Source of the DNA: Candidatus Magasanikbacteria bacterium CG10_big_fil_rev_8_21_14_0_10_47_10
Lineage (GTDB): Bacteria > Patescibacteriota > Patescibacteriia > Magasanikbacterales > UBA922
DNA: 64,000 nt
Assembly: GCA_002773135.1 (NCBI GenBank)
Contig: PFCB01000022.1
Location: forward strand, 7,591-71,590
Direction of reading: 5' to 3'
Shown here piece after piece: positions 1-11,176 of the stretch. How positions within the stretch are numbered: position 1 is the stretch's first letter; each line of letters opens with the position of its first letter. Under the pieces are notes generated by a model that was not told the origin of the DNA, did not search any database, and worked only from the letters and a program-made list of their open reading frames with translations. Both the position numbers and the translations under genes were made by a program.

Positions 1-40
1 TTCTCGAATTATCTTCGTTCTCAATCCTTAATATTCACGT

Positions 41-634
41 ATGTCCAGTCAATCTCTCGACAAGCTCATGTACTCCTTTGTAATGGAAGATGTATTGAAA
101 GGATTTTTTATTTATGTACCGCCGGGCTATGTGGCGTGCGTGTACGATCTTGGTCGCGGGGTCTTGAAAAAAGTGCTCACGCCTGGGCTTCATTTTAAAA
201 TTCCTTTTTGGCAAAAAGCAAAATTATTCAATACACAGACGCTGGAATATAGTATCAGTCGTGATTTTAACCCACAAAATGAAAAGGCTATGGGGGACAT
301 TCCTATAGCCGCGGTTTCTCAAAATGGGCAGCGGATGGGAGTTGAGGGGACTATCTTACTGCGTTTGGATATCCACCAAATACCTGCCATATGGCAGACG
401 ATTGGTGAAGACTTTGTGGCAAAAATTATCCGTCCCACAGTCAGAAGCCGTATTCGAATGGTGGCCAGTCGCTTTGATCAGGCGGAGATCATGGGTGCCA
501 AACGTGATTCTGTGGAGACGGAGCTGAAAAATGAATTGGAACGGATTTTTTATTCCAGAGGTATATTTGTTGAAAATGTGTTATTGAGCGAGATTGGTAA
601 TATTGAGGATTACAAGAAAGCGGCGACAGAGTAG
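41..634 (+). CDS. SPFH/Band 7 (prohibitin-like) domain protein
   Basis: VPPGYVACVYDLGRGV...PGLHFKIPF and IIRPTVRSRIR...GIFVENVLL match the SPFH domain pattern. Confidence 0.8.
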   Translation: MSSQSLDKLMYSFVMEDVLKGFFIYVPPGYVACVYDLGRGVLKKVLTPGLHFKIPFWQKAKLFNTQTLEYSISRDFNPQNEKAMGDIPIAAVSQNGQRMGVEGTILLRLDIHQIPAIWQTIGEDFVAKIIRPTVRSRIRMVASRFDQAEIMGAKRDSVETELKNELERIFYSRGIFVENVLLSEIGNIEDYKKAATE

Positions 635-648
635 GATTGTTTAGAGTG

Positions 649-679
649 AAAAAAAATCGCTATGTTTAGCGATTTTTTT
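649..679 (+). terminator. Intrinsic terminator after SPFH gene
   Basis: AAAAAAATCGCTA-TGTT-TAGCGATTTTTTT inverted repeat with T-tract. Confidence 0.75.
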
Positions 680-694
680 ACATTTTAAACATTG

Positions 695-723
695 TTGACA
701 GCTTTTTTTTACTGTGCTATTAT
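695..723 (+). promoter_or_regulatory. sigma70-type promoter of hrcA operon
   Basis: TTGACA (695-700), 17-nt spacer, TATTAT (718-723). Confidence 0.8.
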
Positions 724-746
724 CACTCTAATATGACGAGTGATAG
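720..746. promoter_or_regulatory. CIRCE operator (variant) for HrcA
   Basis: TTATCACTC-N9-GAGTGATAG vs canonical TTAGCACTC-N9-GAGTGCTAA; directly at the hrcA start. Confidence 0.8.
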
Positions 747-1440
747 TCCTCAATTTGATGAACGAAAGCAGCAACTTTTAAAAATTGTTGTTGAGTCATT
801 CATTGCAACGGCTCAGCCGATTGGGTCCTCTGCCATTGTTGATGCTGATATGTTACAAGTAAGCGGTGCGACTGTTCGCAATGAAATGAGGGCATTGGAG
901 GATATGGGGTATTTAACACACCCTCATACATCATCCGGCCGTATTCCCACGGAGCAGGGCTACACATTTTACGCGGAAAATTTGATGCAGCCGACACCAG
1001 TCCCAGTACCAATCAAGCATGAGATAGAACAAATTTTATCTTCCGATGACAGTCAACCAAAAATTAAAAAAGTGGCACAGTGCATCGCGCACAGTACGGG
1101 CAATGCTGTTCTTCTTTCACTGCCGAACAATGTTACCTACTATACGGGCATTTCACAGCTATTTTCGCAGCCGGAGTTTGCCGCAGCCGCACGCGCGATT
1201 GAAATATCACAGGTGTTCGATCATTGTGAACAAAATATGCCAATGCTGCATGAATTGGTTGTCGGAAGCGATGTTCATATATTTGTCGGCGAACAAAATC
1301 CGCTCGGCAAGGGATGCGGACTGGTTGCCGGCCGCATCGCGGATGATCACATGATTATGCTTCTTGGCCCGCTGCGCATGAAGTATGCGCTTTCTACTTC
1401 GCTGGTAGACTATATTCAATCACTGTTTCGATACGTATGA
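733..1440 (+). CDS. hrcA: Heat-inducible transcription repressor HrcA (short form)
   Basis: PIGS...VSGATVRNEMRALEDMGYLTHPHTSSGRIPT wHTH signature; LGPLRMKY C-terminal motif; upstream of grpE/dnaK. Confidence 0.93.
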   Translation: MTSDSPQFDERKQQLLKIVVESFIATAQPIGSSAIVDADMLQVSGATVRNEMRALEDMGYLTHPHTSSGRIPTEQGYTFYAENLMQPTPVPVPIKHEIEQILSSDDSQPKIKKVAQCIAHSTGNAVLLSLPNNVTYYTGISQLFSQPEFAAAARAIEISQVFDHCEQNMPMLHELVVGSDVHIFVGEQNPLGKGCGLVAGRIADDHMIMLLGPLRMKYALSTSLVDYIQSLFRYV

Positions 1441-1958
1441 GTCACAATGACAAAAATCAAGACACGCACCCGGTTGATACTGACAACACGCCTCCCGATG
1501 GAGCAGAAGCTGTAGCACAGGATATCGTTGATGCTGTTGATTACAAAGATATGTGGTTGCGCGCGCAGGCCGATTATCAAAACTTACAGCGTGAAACAAC
1601 ATTGGTGCGGGTACACTGGGCAAAAATGAGCGAAATTCAGGTCCTTGAGGAGTTTATTCCTGTCTTGGAAAATTTAAAAAAAGCGTTTGCTGCCGATAGC
1701 GGTAACAACGCGCAGCAATTTGAAAATTGGAAAAAGGGAATTGCATTTATTGTGAAGCAGTTCGAAGACATTATGACATTGCACGGTGTTGAGAAAATTG
1801 TGACGGTTGGCCTGCAATTTGATCCAACAGTGCACGAGGCGGTTGGAGAGGAATCATCGGATGCGTTTGCGGAGGGTACCATTATTCGAGAAGTTGATGG
1901 CGGCTACATTTCGGGAGACACGGTACTGCGCGCGGCGCGCGTTATTGTTTCAAAGTAG
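1437..1958 (+). CDS. grpE: Nucleotide exchange factor GrpE
   Basis: LRAQADYQN, FDPTVHEAV, GY...VLRAARVIVS motifs. Confidence 0.95.
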   Translation: MSHNDKNQDTHPVDTDNTPPDGAEAVAQDIVDAVDYKDMWLRAQADYQNLQRETTLVRVHWAKMSEIQVLEEFIPVLENLKKAFAADSGNNAQQFENWKKGIAFIVKQFEDIMTLHGVEKIVTVGLQFDPTVHEAVGEESSDAFAEGTIIREVDGGYISGDTVLRAARVIVSK

Positions 1959-2014
1959 TCTTATTCAATATTGTCAGTATTTGCCATACGGTGGGTACTG
2001 ATAAGGAGAACACT

Positions 2015-2446
2015 ATGGCACTTGTACAATGGGACCCGTTTCGAGAGATGGAGGAAATGCTTTCACGTTTCCCATCTCAGGGGAGAGGAACAACACTATC
2101 AAGCGCGTTTACACCGGCAGTGGATATATATGAGGAAGGCAATAATTTGATCGTGCGGACACCTCTTGCCGGAGTCAATCCAAAGGACGTAGAAGTGAAC
2201 GTTGAAAATGGTCTCCTTACCATAAAAGGGGAGGATAAAAGTGAGCACGAGGTTGATGAAAAAAATTATTATCGCAAAGAAGTGCGAACCGGATCTTTCT
2301 TCAGAAAAATTGCGTTACCTATCGCTGTTGATGAAGAAAAAGTCCAGGCGGAGTTTGAGGATGGCATTCTCAAGGTGACCGCACCGAAAAAAGCCGATTC
2401 ACCGGCAAAAAAGGTGAATGTAAAAGTGGTAAAAAAAGAAACATAA
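2015..2446 (+). CDS. Small heat-shock protein Hsp20 (alpha-crystallin domain)
   Basis: WDPFREME, PAVDIYE, GSFFRKIALP, AEFEDGILKVTAPK; ATG at 2015 preceded by AAGGAG. Confidence 0.93.
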   Translation: MALVQWDPFREMEEMLSRFPSQGRGTTLSSAFTPAVDIYEEGNNLIVRTPLAGVNPKDVEVNVENGLLTIKGEDKSEHEVDEKNYYRKEVRTGSFFRKIALPIAVDEEKVQAEFEDGILKVTAPKKADSPAKKVNVKVVKKET

Positions 2447-2545
2447 TGCACGGTGATGGTTCAAAGGCGGGCTGATACAGGTCTGAAGAATCGGCATCGG
2501 CCAGTCATTTGAATCATTACACATTGTATAAATATATAATAATAG

Positions 2546-4513
<1,968 letters not shown>

Positions 4514-4573
4514 CGGTACAATGGTTTGGGGTCGCAAGGCCCCATTCTATTATTTACTCGTAAGCCGGATTGT

Positions 4574-5197
4574 ATGAAAAAAGTTATTATTGTTTTAATT
4601 ATGACGGGAGCTGTCGCGTTGGCATGGTGGCTTATCTCTCCACTGTGGATAAACAAGACCGTTGATGACGTGCTTCCAACAGCAGCAAAGAGTCCACAGA
4701 CACAGGCCACCGGGAATGTTCAAATGGGTGTGACAATTGCTCCGGACAAGACACTGTCAGAAGTTGAGATGCTGGTGGAGCAGGTAGCCCCGGCAGATCG
4801 CGAACAATTTATGCAAGAGATGGAAGACCAAAAAACACATGAAATGGCTGAGTTAGTACCGTCATCTCCGCGCATCCTATCACAGGGAAACTTTTACAGT
4901 GTCGCGCATGAAGGTAGCGGTATTGCAAAATTGTTGAGCGTGGACGGATCAAACATATTGCGTCTTGAAAATTTGGATGTTCTCAATGGTCCTGACCTGC
5001 GCGTTGTCCTGTCAAAAAATACCGGTATCCGGACAAGCGCGGATCTTGGTGACTATATTGAGCTAGATACGCTAAAAGGGAACAAGGGAAACCAAAATTA
5101 TGAAATTGATTCATCGATTGATATAGGTGAATACAAATCTGCGGTTGTATACTGCAAAGCATTTCACGTTGTATTTAATGTCGCTGAACTACAGTAG
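4574..5197 (+). CDS. Membrane-anchored DM13 domain protein
   Basis: N-terminal TM ([15 protein letters not shown]); HEGSG...[10 protein letters not shown]...[12 protein letters not shown]...[11 protein letters not shown] is typical of DM13. Confidence 0.8.
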   Translation: MKKVIIVLIMTGAVALAWWLISPLWINKTVDDVLPTAAKSPQTQATGNVQMGVTIAPDKTLSEVEMLVEQVAPADREQFMQEMEDQKTHEMAELVPSSPRILSQGNFYSVAHEGSGIAKLLSVDGSNILRLENLDVLNGPDLRVVLSKNTGIRTSADLGDYIELDTLKGNKGNQNYEIDSSIDIGEYKSAVVYCKAFHVVFNVAELQ

Positions 5198-5199
5198 GC

Positions 5200-6294
5200 A
5201 TGGGAAAAGATTACTACAATACACTCGGCGTTGAAAAAGGCGCAACTGATGAAGAGATAAAGAAAGCCTTTCGAAAGCTTGCGCATAAGTATCACCCGGA
5301 TAAGCCGACCGGAGACGAGCAAAAGTTCAAAGAAGTGAATGAAGCTTATCAGGTGATTGGGAATACAGAAAAGCGCAAGCAGTACGACCAATATGGCGCG
5401 ACCTTTGGCCAACAGGGCGGTTTTGGCGGCGGCATGAATTGGGAAGACTTCATGCGGGCGACACGCCAAGGTGGGGGTGGCGCAAATTTTGACTTTGGTG
5501 TTGACCTGGGCGATATTTTTGGTGACCTTTTTGGATTTGGCGGTGGGCGGAGCCGAGGCGGGCGGGGACGTGGAAGGGATATTCAAGTTGATGTTGAATT
5601 AACCTTCAAGGAAGCTGTCTTTGGAGTTGAAAAAGATCTTCATCTCACAAAGAATAACGCGTGCGCAGTGTGCAGCGGTTCTGGTGCAGAGCCCGGATCG
5701 GATAGAAAAAAATGTGATACATGTCATGGTCAAGGGCAGGTGCGGGTGGTTCAGAGAACCATTCTTGGCGATATGCAATCAGCGCGAGTGTGTACCGCAT
5801 GCTCAGGCGCGGGAGATATTCCAGAAAAGCGCTGCAAACATTGCAGCGGTGCTGGTGTTGAAAAAAGTAGCACATCGCTAACTGTAAAAATTCCTGCTGG
5901 TATTGATAATGGGTCATCGATACGCTTGACAGGCAAGGGGGAATATGGTGGCCCGGGATCAAGCGCAGGAGACCTGTATGTGGCCGTCCATGTTCACGAG
6001 GATAAAAGATTTGTCCGTCAGGGAGATGATATTTTGACAGAAGATACCATATCGTATCCCCAGGCAGTGCTTGGTGATACTATTGATATTGAAACAATTG
6101 ATGGAACCAAGCAGCTTGTTATTCCTTCCGGCACTCAGTCGCATCAACAATTTCGTCTCAAAGGTTTGGGTGTGCCGCATTTGCGTGGCAGCGGAAGAGG
6201 GGATCAGTATGTTCGTGTGAAGGTAGATGTGCCAAAGAAGCCGAGCAGACATGCAAAAAAATTGATTGAGGAGCTCAAAAATGAGCTACAATAA
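5200..6294 (+). CDS. dnaJ: Chaperone DnaJ
   Basis: J-domain HPD motif, G/F-rich linker, four CxxCxGxG repeats. Confidence 0.98.
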   Translation: MGKDYYNTLGVEKGATDEEIKKAFRKLAHKYHPDKPTGDEQKFKEVNEAYQVIGNTEKRKQYDQYGATFGQQGGFGGGMNWEDFMRATRQGGGGANFDFGVDLGDIFGDLFGFGGGRSRGGRGRGRDIQVDVELTFKEAVFGVEKDLHLTKNNACAVCSGSGAEPGSDRKKCDTCHGQGQVRVVQRTILGDMQSARVCTACSGAGDIPEKRCKHCSGAGVEKSSTSLTVKIPAGIDNGSSIRLTGKGEYGGPGSSAGDLYVAVHVHEDKRFVRQGDDILTEDTISYPQAVLGDTIDIETIDGTKQLVIPSGTQSHQQFRLKGLGVPHLRGSGRGDQYVRVKVDVPKKPSRHAKKLIEELKNELQ

Positions 6295-6304
6295 GCAAAA
6301 AAAC

Positions 6305-6345
6305 AAAAAAACAGGCTTGACAAAGACCTGTTTTTTTGTTATTGT
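6305..6345 (+). promoter_or_regulatory. dnaJ terminator hairpin with embedded promoter for downstream orphan gene
   Basis: AAAAAAACAGG-loop-CCTGTTTTTTT; TTGACA (6317-6322) in the loop, 17 nt, TATTGT (6340-6345). Confidence 0.65.
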
Positions 6346-6385
6346 AATTTGTCCAAACTGCGTTGGACGTACCAAGGAGATTCTC

Positions 6386-6862
6386 GTGATCACGATCATT
6401 CTCGCTGTCCTGCTGGCTGTCGCCATGGCGTTCGCCGCCTTCTTGCTCAAGGAGATGTTCAAGAAGTTTGACTTCATGGCCGAGTTCCTGAGGAGCTCGG
6501 CGCTTATGGTGCACTATCGGCACGATGGGGAAGTCCGCGGGATGCAGAACATCGTGCTGAGGGGCAATGAGCCGTTCTGTGTGCTCGTCGGGTTCAAGAT
6601 GGTGCTCCCGGTTCTGGGGAACGTCGGGTTCGACTACTTCGGATTCGTTCGGTCGAACGACGACGGTGTGGCTGTCATCTGCACCTACCTCGGCTCGGGG
6701 TCGTGCGATTTTATCTTCGTCGCCGATTGTGACGTTGACATCAACCCGATCACAGCATCCTCGACGACAGAGGACCAGCAGCTCCAGCCGGATGTACGGT
6801 ACCCGCCGCACCCGCTGCTGCAGGTGCTGCCGGACAAGCTGAAGATGTTGTTCAACAAGTAG
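6386..6862 (+). CDS. GC-rich orphan protein with N-terminal membrane anchor (~158 aa)
   Basis: GTG at 6386 after AAGGAG; hydrophobic N-terminus; strong C/G third-position bias; own promoter and terminator. Confidence 0.7.
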   Translation: MITIILAVLLAVAMAFAAFLLKEMFKKFDFMAEFLRSSALMVHYRHDGEVRGMQNIVLRGNEPFCVLVGFKMVLPVLGNVGFDYFGFVRSNDDGVAVICTYLGSGSCDFIFVADCDVDINPITASSTTEDQQLQPDVRYPPHPLLQVLPDKLKMLFNK

Positions 6863-6880
6863 GAACAGGGAGGAAGGAGA

Positions 6881-6913
6881 CGAAAAAAGCCCTCGAATCA
6901 TCGGGGGCTTTCG
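6881..6913. terminator. Terminator between orphan gene and rnhA
   Basis: AAAGCCCTCGA-ATCA-TCGGGGGCTTT between convergent genes. Confidence 0.7.
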
Positions 6914-6929
6914 CAATGTTACACGTTCC

Positions 6930-7331
6930 TTACATGCGCGCATCAAGCGTTTTGTTGACCTCGGCATCGGCCAGCTTATTGTACTCGCGGCGAATATGCT
7001 TTATGGACCAAGGCTTGAATTCCTGAAGCGCATTGTACGCCTGGACAAATAGCTTTTGCAGTGTCGGCTCTTTTACTTTCCATCGTCCGTTCAGCTGCTC
7101 AACAACAAGTTTACTATCCAATCGGCACTCCACACTTGTTGCGCCAAGTGTTTTTGCTCGTTTCAGTCCGGAAATAATTGCTGAATACTCTGCATAATTA
7201 TTTGTCTGATGACCCAAAAAATCGCCATAGGCAGCCAGCGTTTTACCGGCTGTATCATGAATAACAACACCGGATGCAGAGGGACCGGGATTGCCCCGAG
7301 ATCCGCCGTCCGCGTAAATGATACATTTCAT
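6930..7331 (-). CDS. rnhA: Ribonuclease HI (RNase_HI_like)
   Basis: DGGSRGNPG, TNNYAEY, DSKLVVEQ, IRREYNKLAD motifs. Confidence 0.93.
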   Translation of the reverse strand: MKCIIYADGGSRGNPGPSASGVVIHDTAGKTLAAYGDFLGHQTNNYAEYSAIISGLKRAKTLGATSVECRLDSKLVVEQLNGRWKVKEPTLQKLFVQAYNALQEFKPWSIKHIRREYNKLADAEVNKTLDARM

Positions 7332-7334
7332 AGG

Positions 7335-9098
7335 TTACTTCTTTTTAAGATCAACAATTGTCATTTGTAATTCACGGTTGCCATTCCACTCATTGACACC
7401 AATTTCAAAAACTATATCAAGCACGTCTCCCTTCGACAGTTCACGACTCCAGTCTATCTCTCCACTGCACAAGTTCCAGCCGATTGTTTTGCGAATTGTG
7501 GTAGAGGTATGAGTGATCATGATTCGAAGGTGCTTGCCTTCCTTGCCCACAGGTTCGACACCTACAACAGTTACGTTCTGTGCTAAATATTTCGGCTCCT
7601 CATTTGCCTGACCAAATGGTTTAAATCGGCCAAGTAATTCATAGAGCCCCCAATTTACTTGTTCCAAATCAATCTGGGCATCAATTTTTATCGTCGGTGT
7701 CAAATCAATATCTTTTGTCACGTCTAAAAAATAATCGATAAATGCATTTTCAAATTCTTCGCGAATATCTGGCGATGCAAGGGTAAAACCGCATGCCATT
7801 GGATGGCCGCCAAATTTGGAAAAAAAATGCGGCATCTGTTGCAGCGCCTCAATCATATTGAACCCCTCAACACTGCGGCCTGAACCCATAAACTCAGAAT
7901 CGTCCTTCATGGTCATCGCAAAAACAGGTTTTTGGAATTCATTTTTTATCTGGCTTGCAATCAGACCCACAACCCCACTGGCCCAACCGGGTGCATACAC
8001 AAACAATACTGGTTTATCCATTTGTTTCTGACGTACTTGCTGAATTGCCTCAGTCACAAATTCGTCTGTCATGCGTCTTCGCTCATCATTACTTTGGTTG
8101 AGTTGCCATGCCAAATCCACGGCTTCTGTGCCATCTTTTGTCACCAGCAGCTGATACGCTGTATTGGCATGGTCAAGGCGTCCAGCAGCATTAATTCTGG
8201 GCGCAATGCGAAAGCCAATGGTTTGTGCATCAAGTTCGCGCGTGAGTGATCCGTCTTCATTCATTAGGCGTGCCTCCAAAAGAAGCTTTTGCAGGCCGAT
8301 ACGTTTTGTTTTGTTTAAAACAATAAGTCCAAAGGTTGTCAGAGTCCGTGATTCACCGACAAGTGGCACCATGTCCGCAACACTGGCGATGGCTACCATG
8401 TCGAGCAGCCATTTTTCAAATGCTTCATGATTTTCACCACTTTCAAGAAGTTCATTTTTTTCAGCATGGGTTCTGAGCAGTGCTTGCGCAAGTTTAAATG
8501 CAACACCTCCGCCAGCCAAATGTTTGTACGGGTACGTTTCACCTTCGACTTTTGGATGAATAATGGCAAAGGCAGGAGGGAGTCTTTCTGGAATGCTATG
8601 GTGATCAGTAATAATTACGTCTATCCCTTTTTCGTTGGCGTATTCAACCTCTGCTGTATTACTAATACCACAGTCGCACGTGATGATCAGCGATGTTTCT
8701 TGCGCATGTAGCAGATCAATTGTTTTCATGTTCAGACCATAGCCATCAGTTTCTCTGTGCGGCAAAAAAACGTCAACCGCAGTTGCTCCCAATGCGTGCA
8801 GTGTGTCTGTCAAAATAACCGATGCGCTCACACCGTCGGCATCATAATCTCCATGAATGGTTATTTTTTCATTTTTCTTAACCGCATCAATCAACCGCGA
8901 AACAGCCTTCTTCATGTCTTTAAATAAAAAAGGATCATGAACATGGCAGGTATAATCAGGATTCAGAAATTCGTCAATTGCATCCTGCGTGCGGATGTCT
9001 CTGTGATATAACAATGAGGCAACAGTTCGAGGCAGCTCTGGAAATTGCTCAAAAAAGCTATCTGGCGGAGAGGGGAGGACGTCCCAGCGTTTTTGCAT
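7335..9098 (-). CDS. recJ: ssDNA exonuclease RecJ
   Basis: GDYDADG, DCG, TDHH, PRINAAGRL, GSGRS, GGH motifs. Confidence 0.96.
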   Translation of the reverse strand: MQKRWDVLPSPPDSFFEQFPELPRTVASLLYHRDIRTQDAIDEFLNPDYTCHVHDPFLFKDMKKAVSRLIDAVKKNEKITIHGDYDADGVSASVILTDTLHALGATAVDVFLPHRETDGYGLNMKTIDLLHAQETSLIITCDCGISNTAEVEYANEKGIDVIITDHHSIPERLPPAFAIIHPKVEGETYPYKHLAGGGVAFKLAQALLRTHAEKNELLESGENHEAFEKWLLDMVAIASVADMVPLVGESRTLTTFGLIVLNKTKRIGLQKLLLEARLMNEDGSLTRELDAQTIGFRIAPRINAAGRLDHANTAYQLLVTKDGTEAVDLAWQLNQSNDERRRMTDEFVTEAIQQVRQKQMDKPVLFVYAPGWASGVVGLIASQIKNEFQKPVFAMTMKDDSEFMGSGRSVEGFNMIEALQQMPHFFSKFGGHPMACGFTLASPDIREEFENAFIDYFLDVTKDIDLTPTIKIDAQIDLEQVNWGLYELLGRFKPFGQANEEPKYLAQNVTVVGVEPVGKEGKHLRIMITHTSTTIRKTIGWNLCSGEIDWSRELSKGDVLDIVFEIGVNEWNGNRELQMTIVDLKKK

Positions 9099-9163
9099 AC
9101 TACGTATATCTTGATAAGACTGACTTAGGGATGCGCAGCCTGGAGTTTTGCCATACAGGTACG

Positions 9164-9268
9164 CTAAAAAGCGCTAAAAAGCGGTAGAATCGTAAAAATA
9201 ATCATTCCGCCAATACCGACAATGGCAATGATGATTTTAAGTGTCTTCTGTGATTTTTTTCCCCACAT
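9164..9268 (-). CDS. Small single-pass membrane protein, 34 aa (not in ORF track)
   Basis: MWGKKSQKTLKIIIAIVGIGGMIIFTILPLFSAF*; basic N-terminus plus hydrophobic helix; fills the lepA-recJ gap. Confidence 0.55.
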   Translation of the reverse strand: MWGKKSQKTLKIIIAIVGIGGMIIFTILPLFSAF

Positions 9269-9329
9269 ATTACAATGATTAGTCCTACCGATAATACCAC
9301 AAAGATGTAAACGATGCATACCCCATAAA

Positions 9330-9351
9330 AAAATCCCCAAAAGGGGATTTT
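9330..9351 (-). terminator. Terminator after lepA
   Basis: AAAATCCCC-TTTT-GGGGATTTTTTT on minus strand. Confidence 0.7.
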
Positions 9352-11137
9352 AGCGCTTTAAGACTGCCATATATGCCTCGGTTGGAATTTCAACCTTTCC
9401 TTTTCCATGCGCAAGCATTTTTTTCTTTCCCTTTTTCTGCTTTTCAAGCAATTTGCGTTTTCGCGTGACATCACCGCCATAGAGCTTTGCGGTCACATCT
9501 TTACGCAGCGCAGACAGACGCTCTGACGCAACAATTTTCCCTCCAATGGCTGCTTGAATTTTAACTACAAATTGCTGCTTTGGCAGTGTCTCCTTTAGGG
9601 AATGTACAATTTGTTTGCCAATACGAAACGCTTCGTCTTCCCAAACAAGAAGTGCGAGAGCTTCTACGGGTTCCTCTGCCACAACAATATCCATTTTCAC
9701 AACATTTGTCTTCCGGTATTCCTTGAGGTCGTAGCTCAAGGATGCATATCCGCTTGTCACTGATTTTAGCTTATCATAAAAATCTGTAATCAATGCCGCC
9801 AGTGGCATATCGTAGTGAAGCATTGCCCGTTTGCCACCACCCACACTCAGGTACTCAGTTGTGGTATATTCTCCTTTGCGTTCAGCAACCAGGCTCATGA
9901 CATTTCCAATATAGTTGTCTGGAGTAATAATATCCACGCGCATCCACGGTTCCTCAATCCGCTCAATTGACTGAACCTCCGGAAGATCCTGAGGACTTTT
10001 TACAATAAGATCTACTCCATTCGTTTTATACACATGGTACGCAACACTTGGCACTGTGGCAATAATATGGAGACCGAATTCGCGTCGCAATCTTTCTTGA
10101 AAAATTTCAAGGTGCAACATACCGAGAAATCCGCATCGGAATCCAAAGCCAAGCGCCTGTGAGTGTTCCGGCTCAAACATGAGCGCAGAGTCATTGAGTT
10201 TCAGCTTATCCATGGCATCGCGCAGCGCATTGTAGTCATCGCCCTCAGCAGGAAACACACCGGCAAAAACCATGGGGCGTACTTCCTTATATCCCGGTAG
10301 CCGATCGGTCGTTTGCGAATCAAGGCGGGTAATCGTGTCGCCCACAGCGACTTCGCCGATTTCTTTGAGACCGGAAACCAGATATCCAATTTGCCCATTC
10401 TCCATCTGCGCATCCGGTGACATTTTTGGCGAATAGTGACCGATATCCAAAATTTCAGCGGTAGCGCCTGTGCTCATAAAGCGTATTTTGTCACCCTTTT
10501 TGAGAAAGCCATCCTTCATGCGAATCGATGCGACCACGCCTTTATAATCATCGTACGATGAGTCAAAAATGAGCGCGCGTGGGGGCAGCGCGGATGTATC
10601 GACCGGCGCGGGTATTTGCGCGATAACAGTATCAAGCAATTGCGGGACTCCTTCTCCTGTTTTGCCGGAGCAGTGAAGTATGTCCTCGCGTTTGCAACCC
10701 AAAAGATGAATGATCTCCTCACTGACTTTTTCGGGATTAGCGTTTGGCAGGTCAATTTTATTCAAAACAGGGATGATGGCAAGGTCCAGATCCAATGCCA
10801 AATAGAGGTTGGCGATAGTTTGCGCCTGAACACCCTGTGACGCGTCTACCAAAAGAATAGCTCCTTCAACTGCGGCTAGAGAGCGTGAAACCTCGTAAGT
10901 AAAGTCGACGTGGCCCGGTGTATCAATAAGATTGAGCGTGCAGCCCTTGTACTGCATCCGCACGGGCTGTAGTTTTATGGTAATACCGCGTTCCTGCTCC
11001 AGCTCCATTTGATCGAGCATTTGGGCCTTCATATTTCGCTTGTCCACGGTTCCGGTTAATTCCAAAAAGCGGTCAGCCAGCGTGGACTTCCCGTGATCAA
11101 TGTGAGCGATAATACAAAAGTTACGAATAGGGGACAT
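9350..11137 (-). CDS. lepA: Elongation factor 4 (LepA)
   Basis: IRNFCIIAHIDHGKSTLADR, GFRCGFLGMLH, RKDVTAKLYGGDVTRKRKLL. Confidence 0.98.
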   Translation of the reverse strand: MSPIRNFCIIAHIDHGKSTLADRFLELTGTVDKRNMKAQMLDQMELEQERGITIKLQPVRMQYKGCTLNLIDTPGHVDFTYEVSRSLAAVEGAILLVDASQGVQAQTIANLYLALDLDLAIIPVLNKIDLPNANPEKVSEEIIHLLGCKREDILHCSGKTGEGVPQLLDTVIAQIPAPVDTSALPPRALIFDSSYDDYKGVVASIRMKDGFLKKGDKIRFMSTGATAEILDIGHYSPKMSPDAQMENGQIGYLVSGLKEIGEVAVGDTITRLDSQTTDRLPGYKEVRPMVFAGVFPAEGDDYNALRDAMDKLKLNDSALMFEPEHSQALGFGFRCGFLGMLHLEIFQERLRREFGLHIIATVPSVAYHVYKTNGVDLIVKSPQDLPEVQSIERIEEPWMRVDIITPDNYIGNVMSLVAERKGEYTTTEYLSVGGGKRAMLHYDMPLAALITDFYDKLKSVTSGYASLSYDLKEYRKTNVVKMDIVVAEEPVEALALLVWEDEAFRIGKQIVHSLKETLPKQQFVVKIQAAIGGKIVASERLSALRKDVTAKLYGGDVTRKRKLLEKQKKGKKKMLAHGKGKVEIPTEAYMAVLKR

Positions 11138-11176
11138 AGCGAGCGGATACTATCACACAAAGATGATGAAATCAAT

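Noticed and set aside
6275..6967. 230-aa minus-strand ORF
   Set aside because: Antisense shadow of the GC-rich plus-strand gene, which has the promoter, SD and codon bias
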